Positions 22,871-36,842 are shown, counted from the first letter of the stretch. The stretch: 40,821 nucleotides of DNA from Plasmodiophora brassicae (GCA_036867785.1 CP145427.1:682001-722821), one strand, 5' to 3'. Translations and numbers: made by a program. The notes: generated by a model not told the origin, from the sequence alone.

Positions 22871-23550
22871 CTAGCGAGGGTTGAGGCGGTTGTAGTCCAG
22901 GCCGCCCATGAAGTCGCGCGCGTCCGGCGCCTGCCCTGTGAATTCCGCGTTGGAGAAGTCGAACCCGGGGTTCTACCACAATGATCGCCGTTAGCATCGC
23001 TATGCGAAACAGCGCTGCCAATCCGGGACGAACCTCGGCCTGGAAGCGTTCAAGGAGCAGGTTCTGGCGTTCGGCGGCGACTTCGGCGACATTGAGCGCG
23101 CCCTTACCCTTCAGGACGGACGACCATGTTTCTGCGGCGGTCGCCTTCTTGAAGTCGATGCAGATCTCGCCGCTGTCCAGCGTCCACATGCTGTCCTTCA
23201 CGACGACGCGGCCGAACAGGTCCTCCTGCGCAGGCATGCGTCACGACTGGCCCGCATGCAGCAAGCGAACGCACAGGGAACACACATCGATGAACGGCGG
23301 GTTGCCTTTCAGTCCGACACGCAGATGGTCGGATGTGATAGCAATGTCGAGATCCTTGGCGCGCACACCTGCGACCAGAAACCGGGGTTGGGCGACGCGC
23401 CATACACAGCGACCATGACGCGCACCTGCCTTCCGGTGGCCGCATGAACATTTCGACACCGTCGAGCGTCTGCATCCATTCATAGACGACAGTGCCGTCG
23501 ACGACGAATTGTTTTCGTTTGCCGCGCGTGACACTACTGGCGATGGCCAT
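22871..23550 (-). CDS. NudC-domain (CS domain) protein, NUDCD2-like, 4 exons
   Basis: YEWMQTLDGV, LRVGLKGNPPFID, DSMWTLDSGE, WSSVLKG and the C-terminal LLLERFQAENPGFDFSNAEF motif. Confidence 0.9.
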
Positions 23551-23736
23551 CGTTCGAGGCGTCGGGGCCGGCGACGCGCAGTGACGGAGTCCGTGGCCTG
23601 GCAACCCGCGCGCGCCCCTCGTCCCGTCTTCCCGCCGCCTCCTCCGCTGTGACCCGGCGCGCGCGCCCATGCAGCTTAGCACGTAACGCGCACAGCCGTT
23701 CGTGTCGATGCGTTGCCGCCATGTGTGACCACGGGG

Positions 23737-25448
23737 ATGATGGTGTACAGGGCGCGCGACCTGCATTGCATTGAGCAGATTGGCCGCGGCACCTACGGCA
23801 CCGTCTGGAAGGCGTTCAATGCCAGTCGACGTCTGGTCGCCGTCAAACGGCTGACCATGGAGAAGGAGACTGAAGGGGTGCGTCCTGTCGTTCCCATTAT
23901 CCTACTGCCTGTGCATTCGTTTGCTAACCGACCGTCTGCCATGCTTAGTTCCCGGTGACGGCGTTACGCGAGGTGAAGATCCTGCAGGCGGTCCGGCACC
24001 CGAACATTATCTGGCTGGAGTCGTGCGATGCGTCCGTCGATGCACACCTGTATCGCACAGGGTCTTCCATTGACATGGTCTTTCCGTACCATGATCACGA
24101 CCTGGCCGGCCTCATCGAGAACGACATCGTGGAGATATCCCCCGCCATCGCCAAGTACTACCTGCAGGAGATCCTCAAGGGTCTCGACTACCTGCACTCC
24201 AACCATGTCATGCATCGGGACATGAAGTGTAAGATTGAACCCGCTGCGTTCATTCGTCACCGCGGCTCTAACAGCAACTGGTGCACAGCGTCGAACATCC
24301 TCATCAACAACGACGGGCGCGTTCGTATTGCGGATTTCGGCCTGGCGCGCTTCACCGACATGCGATGCCCGGACTACACGAACCGTGTGGTGACAATGTG
24401 GTACCGCCCACCTGAACTCTTCATGGGCGTCGAGCAGTACGACTGCAGTGTGGACATGTGGTCTGTCGGGTGCATCATGGCCGAGCTGGTCACCGGCGCG
24501 CACCCGTTCCAGGGCACGACCGACCTGGAGACGCTCGACCGCATCTTCCGCCTCTGCGGGACGCCAACGCGCGACACCTGGCCCGGGTTCGAACGCACAC
24601 CCTGGTACGAGCACATGCGGCCGCGCAAGCCCCGCGCCCGACAGTTCGACACGGCGTTCGCCGACCTGCCCGAGGACGCTCGCGACCTGCTGGATGGGCT
24701 CCTGTGCCTGGATCCGGCTCGGCGCCTGACCGCTCGCCAGGCACTGCAACACGCGTTCTTCCGCACCGAGCCGCTGCCGATCACGGGCGACCAGCACCCG
24801 CAGTTCCCACAATCGCACGAGCTCAAGTGCCGCGCCCTGCGAGCACATCGACGTGCCGAGGAGAAGCAGCAACAGGCCATTGCTGCGGCCACCGCATCGA
24901 AGCCGCCGACGAACCCGAGAGCGTCGCCGCGTCCCGCTAAACGGCAACGGTCGCCGTCACCGAAGCCGACTCGATCGCGTCGATCACCGTCCCCATCAGC
25001 ATCTCCTCGAAAATCCCGGAAGCGGCATCGGTCCTCGTCGAGGCGTCGATCCGAATCCGGCGCCCGGGACAGGTCCACGGCTCGGCGTGGATCCGGGTCC
25101 CGAGACAGATCCACGACACGTCGCTCCACGGCACGTCGCCGATCCCGATCCCGAGACAGATCCGCGACACGTCGCCGGTCCCGATCCCGAGACAGATCCA
25201 CGACACGTCGCCGATCCCGATCACGAGACAGATCCACCACACGTCGACGATCCCGCTCCCGACGCCGATCGCAATCGACCGAACGGTCCCGGGTTCGTCG
25301 GTCGCGATCCCGATCTCGTCGCCGATCGGCGTCGTCGGGGCGGTCCAGTCGGCGGCACTACGGCGCCAGCCGGGGCCATGACCGGCACGATTCCCGTTCC
25401 CATGGGCATGGCAGATCACAGAATAATACACATGCAACCCGTCACTGA
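23737..25448 (+). CDS. Cyclin-dependent kinase of CDK9/CDK12/CDKC type with C-terminal RS-rich tail, 3 exons
   Basis: IGRGTYGTV, VAVK, EG|FPVTALREVKIL, HRDMK|.SNILI, ADFGLAR and YTNRVVTMWYRPPEL, followed by an Arg/Ser-rich tail. Confidence 0.92.
25132..25262 (+). repeat. 36-bp coding tandem repeat (~3.5 copies; RRRSRSRDRS[AT]T) in the CDK tail
   Basis: CACGTCG unit starts at 25132, 25168, 25204 and 25240, with degenerate copies upstream. Confidence 0.9.
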
Positions 25449-25854
25449 GAAGTCGCGCATTCCTCGGCGTGATCAGCGTGCAGCAGCGCCAATGTCGACA
25501 TCGGAGAAGAGCAGGGCCCGTCCACCACAAATCGGCACACGCAGACCGAGCCGTCCCTGGACGACGGGTGCCGACTGGACGGAACTGCGTGGGCGGGCGA
25601 CGTAACGTGTGTGCACTTAAGCCAGGGGCCGCGCACCGGTGAGGCAGTGGCGACGGACCGATGCGCCAAAAATAGGCCCGGGGCGGCAGTGGGCGGATGC
25701 TCGCCTGGAAGTCCGTGACAGTGGGACGGGGAACCCGAGTGGCGTTACACAAGCGCGCCCATCGCCCGAGAGCGCCGACCGGCCACTACACGTAACCCGC
25801 ACACGCGTCACCGTCCTGGACAGTCATCCGTCCGTTACCAGGCGCAGCTCGCCC

Positions 25855-26710
25855 ATGGACAACCAAGGGCTCTCGTCGGCAACTGACAGCGACATGGGCG
25901 CTGCGGATACCGGTCAGCGCGCTGCTGCACCCGCTGCACCTACTCCTTCTGTACCGGCACCTGCGGCTGCTGACGATGACGGTACTGTGTTTGTCGGCGG
26001 CATTAACTGGAAGGTGTGTGTATGCGTGCGCCCCAGGTCGTGCGGTACGACCGTGTGCTCAATGCGACCGCGTGCAGGCGACCGAGGCCGAACTGCTGGA
26101 CTTCTTCGAGTCTGCCATCGGCCACGCACTGCACTGCCGCATCATCACAGATCGGGAGACGTCCCGCTCGAAAGGGTACGTGCCTACTGTTTCGGGCGTG
26201 ACTGGACATTGCTCTGAACGCGTCCCAAGGTACGGGTTCGTTACATTTGCATCGGCCGACCTGGCGCGCCAGGCAAAGATGTGCGGTCCGCTGGTGTTCA
26301 TGGGCAAGACGCTTAATATCCACGATGCGTACAGGAGGTACACAGCCGTGCCAGCTCCTGTGGCCATGCAAGAGCAGACCGAACAGGTTGCACCTGTCGT
26401 ACCCGTTCCTGGTGATCCGTTCTACTACGAGCAGGTCCAGCAGCAGGCAGGAATGCCGTCGCCGTTCCCCTACGTGTTTGTCATGCCGGACGGCACATGG
26501 TATCCATCGTATGCGCCAGCAGCCTACCAGCCGACCGGCGGCTACATTGTGCAACAGCCATACGCGTCAATGCCAGTGTATCAGCACAGCCCTGTGGCTG
26601 TTGCGCAAGCGGGGTCGGCGCCCGCTCGACAACCCATCGGTCAGCACAATCACAGTCAGGACGGGCACCGCGTTCCCGTCAATAACGGCAAAGTCAACGG
26701 CAGCGTGTAA
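25855..26710 (+). CDS. Single-RRM RNA-binding protein with Pro/Tyr/Gln-rich tail (Boule/DAZ-like appearance), 3 exons
   Basis: RNP2 VFVGGI, RNP1 SKG|YGFVTF, then GKTLNIHDAYRR and a P/Y/Q-rich C-terminus. Confidence 0.85.
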
Positions 26711-27790
26711 GCGTCCTCGCTGTGTATCGTTCGAGTTCGCTAACGACACCATCATCGCGCCACGCTGCCTCCACCACCACATATGCCATAATATTATGAC
26801 CGAACCACTACACATGGACGTTGATCCTGTGCGGAACTCTAATCTGATGACACTTGACGAGGTTCAGTGCCGGCATGTCTTCGACGTTGACGTTACGTAC
26901 TGCCCAGCCACTGTGACGTCGCCAATGACATGAACTTCTCGAACACCTCCCGGCCCATGTTCCACGACCCTTGCGATATCGTTATCGTGAATATGTACGA
27001 TCGATTCTGGGAGATCCACAGCATCACTGGCGAGTACGTCGAGTCAGGACGCGGCGGCTTCTACCGTAGCGAAGGTCGGTTGGCAGCTGTACGATGCGTC
27101 AGGGACGCGACTGTGGTCCAGCTTCTCGGTTTTGGCGCAGTCGTGCACATGGGTGCCGCGCCAAGCTTGCCTGCATAGCTGGCAGTTGGTCGCTCGGTCT
27201 TGAGTGGCACCCTTGGACACGATGTAGGGCATATGAATGTATACCTGCCCGTAATGCCGTTGTCAAGGCCTTCGGTCATCATCTGCGCATGTAGCACTCA
27301 GTAATCTTCGCCTGAACAGACGCGCCCAACGTCCACCATTATACTGCAATGTCGCCAGCCTGACACGAACGATTTGCCGCTGTTGGTGCCGAGGAAGCGA
27401 CGTCATCGCGGAAGGTGTAGGTGACCAGCATAGCGCGCTTGTGGCTGCACAAGAAGAGGCGAGCACCCGTCAGGACAGCCACATGCGCGCAGGATGGACG
27501 TCACTACATCAACGCCAGCATCCGAGACCGAGGCGCCTGCGTGAAAAGCGCGAAACCCAAATAAACTAAACTACACTAAACTAACAACGCCAGCAACGGA
27601 CGTCTCCAACGGCGTCGACAGTGCGGATGACGCGTTCTTGACGGATGCCACCGTACCCCCAGGCTGTCCTAGTGGTGCTCGATCGGCGCAGCTGCTTTTA
27701 ACGCGTGGGTTTAAGCCTGTGCTGAAGTACAGTCTCTCAGAGACTGCCTAGTGCGCTGTAACTGGTGGCGGTGCGGTAGGCACTGCGGTA

Positions 27791-30700
27791 ATGCAAGCCC
27801 AAGAACTGACCGGCACACACGCTTTCATGGGTCTCCGTTCAGTATCGTCGGCCGAGTCGTCGACGGCGCAGTCGTTCGTATCGGGGGCGGCAGTCGCCGA
27901 TGACCTGGATTTCAGTCTAGGCCAGGATGGGACACAGAATACGTCTCTGGCGGAAAGGCTGGTGATATGGTTCAATTCGTGTCAAGCCGGATTTATCGCC
28001 CTGCTGTACATCATGTCCAAGTCGTCATCGCATTCCGCTGCCTACGACGTCGTCGTTGAAATCATCGAAGCGTTTCAAATGGTAAGCCATTGAAACGAAC
28101 ATTAACGCTTCGTTCTCAACGACTCGATGCAGATGGCGTTAATGGTACCGCCCGCAGACGCGTTTAACTTTGGACTGGAACGGCCGATCCAGTCATGGTT
28201 CGACTTTGCGCTGTATTTCACTGTGCTCCCGCGGGTGGTCCTCGGCGATAAAGCCGTCGAAATCGGCAACTACCTGTCCGCAGGACTGCTGATGATACTG
28301 TTGGCAACCGGAACATATCTTGGATATGCGTGCGTCGCTGGCAGCAATCGGTATATGTGGATCGCTGTCGTGTTCCGCAGCCTTGCCGGCGCGATGGTCA
28401 CCTTCATGTATGTGCCTACCTTCGGGATCCTCACGTGGTACGTTACATTCGAAGATTTGCCGATCTGGGCGAACACCTTCATCACCGTCTTAATGCTTGC
28501 TCTGGCGCCCGTCATCGCCGTCGTCGGCGCCGTCATCGCACTAACCATGTTTGAATCGGAACCGACAAGTACGGCAGCGTCGGCTCGACCTCATTCGCGT
28601 ATCTTCCAACTGCGATTTGCAATGAAGACAATTCTGACAGTGATCGGCCAATACCTATGGTGGACCCCGATCGCCCAAACCGATGCCTGCCGTATCTGCT
28701 GGGCTCTGCTAACCCTTGCGTCTGCGTTCACACTCGCCTATCTCCAGGTGATGTATCAGCCGTTCTACAACATGAAATCGAACATGTTGCATGCGGTATT
28801 TCAGTCAGTGGTCTTCTGGGCGGTTTTATGCAGTACGTTTCTTCGGGTCATCCTTCCAAGGACCGTCAGCGTTATGACATTATTCTTCGGAGGGCCCCTA
28901 TTCGTTGTACCCCTGGTAATCCTGGCCGTTAAGACCCGCCGGTCCTACCTCGATCGTCTCGACGTTGCCAAATGCTCGAATGTCTACGAAGTTGAGCTCT
29001 GCTGTCGCCCTGCAGATTGGCGCAATGCGACAGACAGTGAACTCGATGCGATCGCGGGCAAATATCAGCAAGCCCATGAGAGGTTCCCGAAATCAGTCGC
29101 ACTGTATGTCCCAATAGCTGTTCTGTTTGTGAGCCCCGATGACCTGTGTTTACGAGTAGGCACATCTTCGAGTCGATATTTCTGCTGAGTGTGAGAAACG
29201 CTACGCTGCAGGCCCGAAAGGTGCTTCTTCGTGCTGACAAACTTGAGCTGTCAGTGGACGAGAAGTTCTATCTGTTCCGTCAGGTGCGCAAACTGAAAGA
29301 GTGCATGGAGTCGTGGACAACGGGAAAAGATCGTACCGCGCTTGAGTTCGTCAACTTGGAGCGGGGCCTGCTGGAGGCACGTCGACTGGACATGAAGTGC
29401 TGCCAGACGATGGTGCAGTTCTGGATCGAGATTGACAAGAAGTCAGACATGAACAGGGTTCTGCGATTGACGCAGGCCATTGGGTTCCTGACCAACCGCG
29501 CATCGGCTGCATATCGGACGCTCGTGCGTCGATCGCCGAACTCCCCCAAAGCGCTGCACATGTACGCCGGGTTCTTACATACCGTTATCAACAATACCGA
29601 CCTCGCCGACCGCATGTCGATCAAAGCGGAACGGGCGGTCAACCTGCGTCGTCAGGAAGGTGGTACACAGAACGACTACATGGACGAGCAGGTGGCGACT
29701 GTAACCATTTCCATCACCGACGACACCAGCAATAACTTTTCTCTGGGCTCTATCATCGCTGTCAACGACCCCGCTGTGACGTTGCTCGGCGATGGGGTTG
29801 TCGGTCGTGACTTGCATCAGTTTCTCCTGCCGCCGTGGTCAACCGTCTTTCCGACGGTTGCAACCAGGTACTTGGACTCTGGCGAGACCGATCTGATGAT
29901 GCGCCCGATAAACGCGTTCTGTAAGAATGCCAAAGGCGAGCTTTTCCAAGGGACCATCTTTCTACGTCCTTTCTCTCACGATGGCATCACATTCGTCACG
30001 TTTGCGTCCATCGTGCCGACCTCATCGCCATTGGCGAGTATCGTGATTGCCGACAGCAGTACTGGGTTGGTGTTTGGAATGTCAGCCGCTGCACTGAGCC
30101 TTTTCCAAGTCGGCGTCGACGATTTGGCATCTAATTCTCTCAAGGTTACCGACCTAATCCAGGACTACGATGACAACCGGGAGGAGTTCCTTCGCGACCC
30201 AGGCGTGGCCCGCGAGGCAGCAATGTCGCATCGCGTATCGCTCGACGACCCCGGACGGATCAATGTGGCCGTCACTTTGTTCCAGGTGCACACCGAAACC
30301 GTCGATGCCATCACCGTCAGCCCGTTCGACGAACCGAGGCACTCAGTGGCGTTTTCATCGTCGAAGGTCTCTATTGCGCTGCCGCCAGTCGACAGCGTCA
30401 GCGAAGTGTCAGATTCGGAACGTGACCTAACGTCTTTGGCCGTTATTGCGCCGGAACAGACAAGTGGAAATCGTTCACGACGGCGCTTCTTTGGCCAAAG
30501 TAGTCGCAAGGTTCAGTTTACCGCGCTCCAGGATACTCCGGACGGGACGAATACGGCTTGTGTCGATCTCGTGGCCGAGTCGAAGATGGACGTTGCGGGT
30601 AAAGCAAATACGGGATCCGGCCGTGCTCGCGTGCGGAACAGCAACGTCGGCCCTCCTTCGGCGTCATCTGTGTCGGAGGCAAATTCGAGCGTCAACCAAG

Positions 30701-33068
30701 CACGGGCGTTACGCCATGCTCTACTGCGAAATAATTCTGAATTGGACCCCAGCCTACGATCTTTCCGGAACATCTACCTCCGCGTTATTGCCCTTGTTGC
30801 CGTGGCATCGACCGCATGGTTCGTCGCTGAACACCAGTCCGTAACCACCTACAACAGCTTTATGCAGACGGCCATTGCCTCATCCAATCGGCGAGCCTAC
30901 CTAACATCAGCTGCGTTCGCTGCTTTCAACCTCATGCTTATGAATAACGGGCTCATTCCGAATGATACCGATGTCCAGGCATTGCTACGGGAACGCATGT
31001 CAGGAGCCGCGGCCACCCTGCACAGCAATGATCTTGCGCTCTACAAAGGTAACTATGAACGAATCCAATACTCACACATGCTGACGGCATGCGACAGCAC
31101 GAGGTTTATTCGGTGGAGATGTGGTCCCTCTCTATGAGACCCCAGCGGTCAAAGTACGATTGCTGCTGCAGGACTCAGACAATTCCCACGGGACGTCGAC
31201 TATGGTATCGCAGATGGGGCTGTTTGACGCTGTAACGATGTATACGTCAGCAGCGGACCAACTGACTCGCAGCGACCTATCTAAGTTCAGGTCGACCGAT
31301 CCACTTGTCTTTACGCTAATAGCAAACGCGCTGGGGTCGACACCATCATCATTGCCCGGAGCGATAACTGCAAGCAGAGACGCCGTATTTGCCAAATTGA
31401 CGAGCTTATTATCCTCAACAGGTAGATGTAAAGTACTTAAATGATGCTGCCTGTCCGCTGACCACGCTTTCATCGGCAGTTTCCATGACGGTCATTGTCA
31501 GCGTTATATGCCTGGTATTGATCACGATCTCTGTTCTGGCTCTGTACCCAAAAGTCAAGACTATCGAAGAATCAAAACACGAAACGATGCAGACCCTGAT
31601 GAACCTCCCGGAGGAGGCGACTGCCGCAATCCGCGACAGTATTCTGGACCGTCTCGAGACGACTCACGGGATCGCGGCTCGCAGCGTCCTGATGGCCACC
31701 AACGCAACCAGATCAGGACACAATCGTTCCAAGACCAAGCGGCGCCGACCACAGAACGATAGCGGTGATTTGACCTTGAAACCGGCAGACGAAGATGACG
31801 ACCAACGGAATGACAACGACCAACGTTGTGAGGATTCGCCTACGGCCGATGCCAGATCACAACCTCGAGATGCCGGAACAGGCGGCGACCTCCAAATTGG
31901 GACTACGCCTGCTTCGAATATGACAGCTGACCAAGGCACCATGAATGTGAAGCATGCGGACTCGATATCGATTGCAGACCAACGTCTTGGGAAGCAGACG
32001 TTTCAAACAAGACTTGGGAAGATGTTGATGGCGTTAGACCATTTTCTGGATTTTCTGCAGGACAGAGGGACGCATGTGACGTTGCGCGCTGCAACTATTA
32101 TTCTGGTCGCTATGGTATACTTTATTGCTGCCAATTTGCAAGTGACAAGCATGCATGATTCCATGCGTAACCTTCCGGCCTGGATGAGCCTGAGCTCCTC
32201 GAACCATCGACTGACAGCCGATATTGCCTTGTATCTGCAAATGTATGCTGCTGGCGCCAAGGTCAAAGGCGTTGACGACGACGTCCCCGCGAACCTGATC
32301 ACGCAGCCACTGATCATGAACTCAATTTTGCAGTTGGAGACATCGGCATCACAACTGCTGTACAGTAATGAGAACAGGGGAACAGTTGGGATGGTCAATG
32401 TGTATGGTGGTACACAGCCAGATTCTGTCAGCGATGAACTCGACCTTCTCCTCACCAACGGATGCATCCATTTCCAGGAAGGTGCCAGTCCTACACAGGT
32501 CACATGCGAACAATTCCGGAACGGTGTCATGGCCAGTGGTTTGTATCACGCTACAGTGGAATATGCACGGCAATCGAAAGGGCTGGCAAATGTCCTATCG
32601 AACACGGCACCGGCGGCTAACGCTGACATTCAAGTGGAGGGAGCGACTGGTACCGGAATATGGCTACTTGGCAACGAAACAGCTGTGATGTCGAATCTGG
32701 CCACAGCTGACTTGGTTAACTTACTGGAATTCGAAAACTCATTCATGGACCCTGTTGGCCGTCGAAGCCTTAAACTGTTTGGCAACGTCGTTGGCGCCAT
32801 CCTGCCCGACTATGTCTTGACGCAGATTCTATTGCTAGTTGGGTTCATTGCTGCGGTGGTCGCGCAATACCTGTTCGTCGTATATCCGCTGATTGGAGTC
32901 CTCGACAGCGAATGCAAACAGGCCCGCATGTTGCTGCTCTTGGTGCCCGAAGAAAGCCTTGCGGGAATAGCATCCAGCCACCTGTTCACGAACATCGTCA
33001 ACACCGACGAACAATGCCAAGCTAATTCCGCTGAAAAGAACGATAAGGCTCCCGTGACAAATAACTGA
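27791..33068 (+). CDS. Large polytopic membrane protein with TPR-like and PAS domains, TmcB/TmcC (tiny macrocysts)-like
   Basis: N-terminal multi-TM block (PHSR...KTIL, QPFYNMKSN), helical region (YRTLVRRSPNSPKALHMYAGFL..VINN), PAS-like GSIIAVND...LLG...VGRDLHQFLLPP, further TM pairs, and a C-terminal YP...LDSECKQARMLLLLVP. Five ORF blocks are joined by short introns. Confidence 0.8.
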
Positions 33069-33099
33069 ATCGCATTCACAACTTGTGCTGGAAAGAAGA

Positions 33100-34700
33100 A
33101 AGTGTCTCAAACGGCCAGAGGATGCACTCCCTTTCGAATTCATTTCTTTTGCAATAAATTGGACAATTGCCTGGCGAAGTGGATCGACGCCGTCGACATC
33201 AAACACCTGATGATGTCGTCTAAAATGCATCATTTGACCTTCGACTGTTTGCAGGCGCCGTTCATTACAACATTTCGGGAATGATGCATTTTAGGCGACA
33301 ACGTCAAGTTGTTTCTCCGATTGCCCTGCTGGGCGATTCCTGAACGCGGAACAGAATCCATGGTATTTTGGCGGATGGTAGCCTGAACCGCCGACGTCGG
33401 GCGCACAAGTTTGTTCGGCCCCTGCCTCTTCGATAGGGGATGGACCCGGTTGAGCGGTACATTCGAACATCCGTTTCGACAATGGCAAAATCGGAGGAGC
33501 CCGGCCCCCCTTTCTGCTCGCGTGCATGCAGACGTATGCACGATCAGTGGAAACCCGTGGTAAATAGCAGGCCCGCATGTAAGCCGCAGCCGCCTTTGAC
33601 GACGATCCTGTGGCGGATACGTATCCGCCGCAGGACATTCGGCGTCGTACATGTCGCCGCCCGACATCGGCGCGCGCGCCCTTCTTCATCAGCTGCTGCT
33701 TGCGAAATTCTTGATGTCCGCGATGGCGCCGCCGATACCCGGCGTTCCGTTGCTTCACGCATGAATGCGATATGACCAGAGCCCTGCAGTGTTGCGACCG
33801 GAACATGTACGTGCGCGTTCTGGTTTGGCAGGAATATGCCAGCACTAACCGTGAACTGCCCCCTTGAGCGGCTATATACCACTTACCCCAACCCGGCTGC
33901 TCTGCTTCGTCTGCCTTCATGTCGCGTGATCGTGTCGTCTCAACATTATGACCGACTTACCCCAACGTACCAGGCTGCACCGCTCCGCGTCGCACCGCCT
34001 CGTCGTCCTTCGCCTGCACCTCGTGCGGCGTCCTTCTCCGTCGTGTCCTCGGCATCATTCGCGCCACACATGAGAAAGTTCCCGGTTTTGCGTATGGCAT
34101 CGGTCACTGCCTTGTCGCATAGCTCGAGCGCTTTCGTCATGGCCCCGTCCCGACATTCGAATCCTATCTTCATGCCGGTTTCGTCCTGACACTACTCATC
34201 GTCCCGGCTGCTACGTAGCAGAAGAGAACTGACAGGCCGCATACGGCCTGTCAGTTCTCTTCTGCTTGGCTGTTTCATTTGAATTCTGCTCCCTCACCTC
34301 TGTTTCCTTTCCCTGTCGCACTCCATCTATCTGTCTGCCAGTCTGATTCTCTGTCATGCGCGTCAGACACGGTTGTCGAGGGAGATCGATCGAGCTGTCT
34401 GATTGTAAGGCGATGACGGCGCTAACGATGCAGAAGCAGAAGTTGAGGCAGACGTGGATGCCCACGATGGATAGGCGCCTCGGTCTCGGGTCCGAGGGGA
34501 CCGATCCGATGCTGGTTGCGTACCCACCCAACAGGATCACGGCGACGGCAAGCACAGCCACAACGGCACCTCTTCGAGCACGTTGCAGCTTGTACACGGC
34601 CAGTGAGGCGGTAGCAGCAAATAGTGGCAAGTCGTTAACCGAATATCCGCACGCGTAGACCGTACCTCGATAAACGGAATCAGTATCTTTCTCGGTGCGG
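33100..34700 (-). CDS. Possible multi-exon hypothetical gene (structure unresolved)
   Basis: Several minus-strand coding-like segments with splice-like sites, including a hydrophobic helix GAVVAVLAVAVILLGG and MKIGFECRDGAMTKALELCDKAV. I could not assemble a full frame or find the start; bounds are approximate. Confidence 0.25.
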
Positions 34701-34808
34701 TGGGAGGCGACTCGATTCGCTCGGCGCGTTGACCTCTTCGCGTCGCTTGACTACCTGGCGTCTGCGGTTCCGGCCGGCAAGATATTGCCGCGTGCGACAG
34801 CGCACAGG

Positions 34809-36076
34809 ATGGCAAGCTCGCGCCGGCACGTTGCGAGGATCGCGATCACGGCCGCTACCCTACTGATGTTGTACGGCACCGCGATACTGTACCAGCTGAC
34901 ATTTGCCGAACCTGCATTGCTTCTGCCGTCAGAGGCGGATCAAATCGGCAGCCAGATGTTCGTCTTCTTCTATGAAAGCCCGTACTGGGGCGCCCCCTAC
35001 CCACGCAGGACCTATGAATGCGGCGGCGCCGATGCGCGTTTCGAGAAGGTCATGATCACCTCCGCGAAACGATACCGGCACGTGGCAGGTTCGTCCGGTT
35101 CCATGCATATCAACGTGCCCGGTCATCTAACAATGCCTTTGGTGCCAGGTGCGCTCGTTTTCCAGCCATCGCGATATTATGAGCCCCGGGACCGCAAGTC
35201 GGTGCCGTGGGTGATGGATACGCTGGAGAACCCGGCGGTAAGAACGATATCGTCCAGCGTGTTCCGCCAACTCGATTACGCCATGTCGTATCGATACGAT
35301 AGTGATGGGACTGACCTGGAGTACGCCACCGGCCTACTGAGTGAAGGCGGCCTAGAGGCCTCCATTCGACGGCTAACCGCATCGGTCGATATGTCGATGA
35401 AGGACCGCTCGAGGCCAATCTTCTGGGTGGCGTCCAACTGCGTTGCCGCCAATGGACGAACGAACCTCGTTCGCGAGCTCATGAAGCACATCCCGGTGGC
35501 CAGCTACGGCCCGTGCCTAAACAATGCGCATGGCGATAACGGACGGGGCAACACAGAATCCGTTGTTAACCTGCCCGAGCACTGGGCCAAGGTCCACAAG
35601 TTCTACCTCGCCTTCGAGAACGACAATTGCGTCGATTACATCTCAGGTAGGTGCAAATGCCTTCGTTGACGTTTGCGCTCCATGTTGAGGTTCGTGTACT
35701 AGAGAAGTACTACAAGACTATCAAGGCGGGCCTGGTCCCGGTCGTCGACGGCCCCCGGGTGTACCCGAACTGGGTGCAGCCGACAGCCCACTCTATCATT
35801 CATGTCGACGATTTCGCGTCAATCTCCGATTTGGCGGCGTTCCTCCACAAGCTGAACAATGACGACGACCTGTACCTGGAGTACCTGTCGCACAGGACCG
35901 GGAAGGCCCCGTTGCAACCTGCGTTCACCAAGTTCCTCAGCCGGCTATCGCAACCCACAACGGCCGGGGAGCGTTGGTGCCGAGTGGCATCCATGATAGC
36001 TAGCGGAAAACCATCACGGAAGATCGATATGAAGGATGACCAGTGCCAACACGGCAAATGGAAGCACCTGTCATGA
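34809..36076 (+). CDS. Alpha-1,3/4-fucosyltransferase (GT10), type II membrane protein, 2 exons
   Basis: N-terminal TM, MSYRYDSD, WVASNC...RTNLVRELMKHIPVASYGPC, and the alpha-1,3 motif KFYLAFENDNCVDYIS|EKYY...GLVPVV split by an intron at ~35648-35703. Confidence 0.92.
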
Positions 36077-36842
36077 CCTTCAGAAGAGAGAAACGCTCGC
36101 CTGCTTTACAAGGGGTTGTTTCTGAGTTTGGGCCACCGTCAGCTGAGCACAACGGTGCGGTTGGAAAGAGCAGGAAAAATCAGAGGCAGCTGGGCTGTTT
36201 TATTTGGCATATGTGTCACCGTCCCTCTCGTATCGCCGAGAATGAGTAGACCCGTTTGACAGGTGACAACCCGTGAAGCATGAAGAAATCCGCCCAAGCG
36301 TCATTGGCGAACTGCCATTTATGGGACCGTGCCGAGCAGGTGCCATCTCCGTGGTGGGCGTCGTCAGCACGGCAGACGACCCGACGACGCTGCCGCCAAC
36401 GCGGCCTACTGCGATATCGTACTCTGCCGCCCGGTCGACACCGTACGGCACAAGTGGTCCAGACCCAGATGCGCCGGCCTGCCCTGTCCGCTCGCGCCGA
36501 CGTCGCCGCCGCCGAACAGAGGCACGGGTCAACGCGACCGCTACGACCTCAATACGGCGTGCTGGACGCCAGGCGACGTTTCCGACACGTCTGCGAGATC
36601 GTACTGCACCTTGACGATAGGTACAAGTCATCGCCTGCTGCACAGTCACGCAGGCCTTCTGACACGCTGGACGTCATAGGTCTGCCGTCGCCTGCCGTCG
36701 AAGCGGGATGGGTACAACGTCGCGCAGGCCTGGTGGCGCACTCGTCGTCCGACGACTGCTACGACTTGGCATGCCGCGCCCCAGCCCTGCACCATGCGCC
36801 GGTGGCTGGCTGACCAGCCAGGGTCGGCGCCGACCTCCCTGT

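Noticed and set aside
26797-27178. Possible small two-exon gene (MTEPLH.../MNFSNTSRPMFHDPC...)
   Set aside because: Needs an unusually short intron and has no recognisable homology; left unresolved.
27558-27588. Short AAACT-type microrepeat
   Set aside because: Only a few copies; ordinary low-complexity intergenic sequence.
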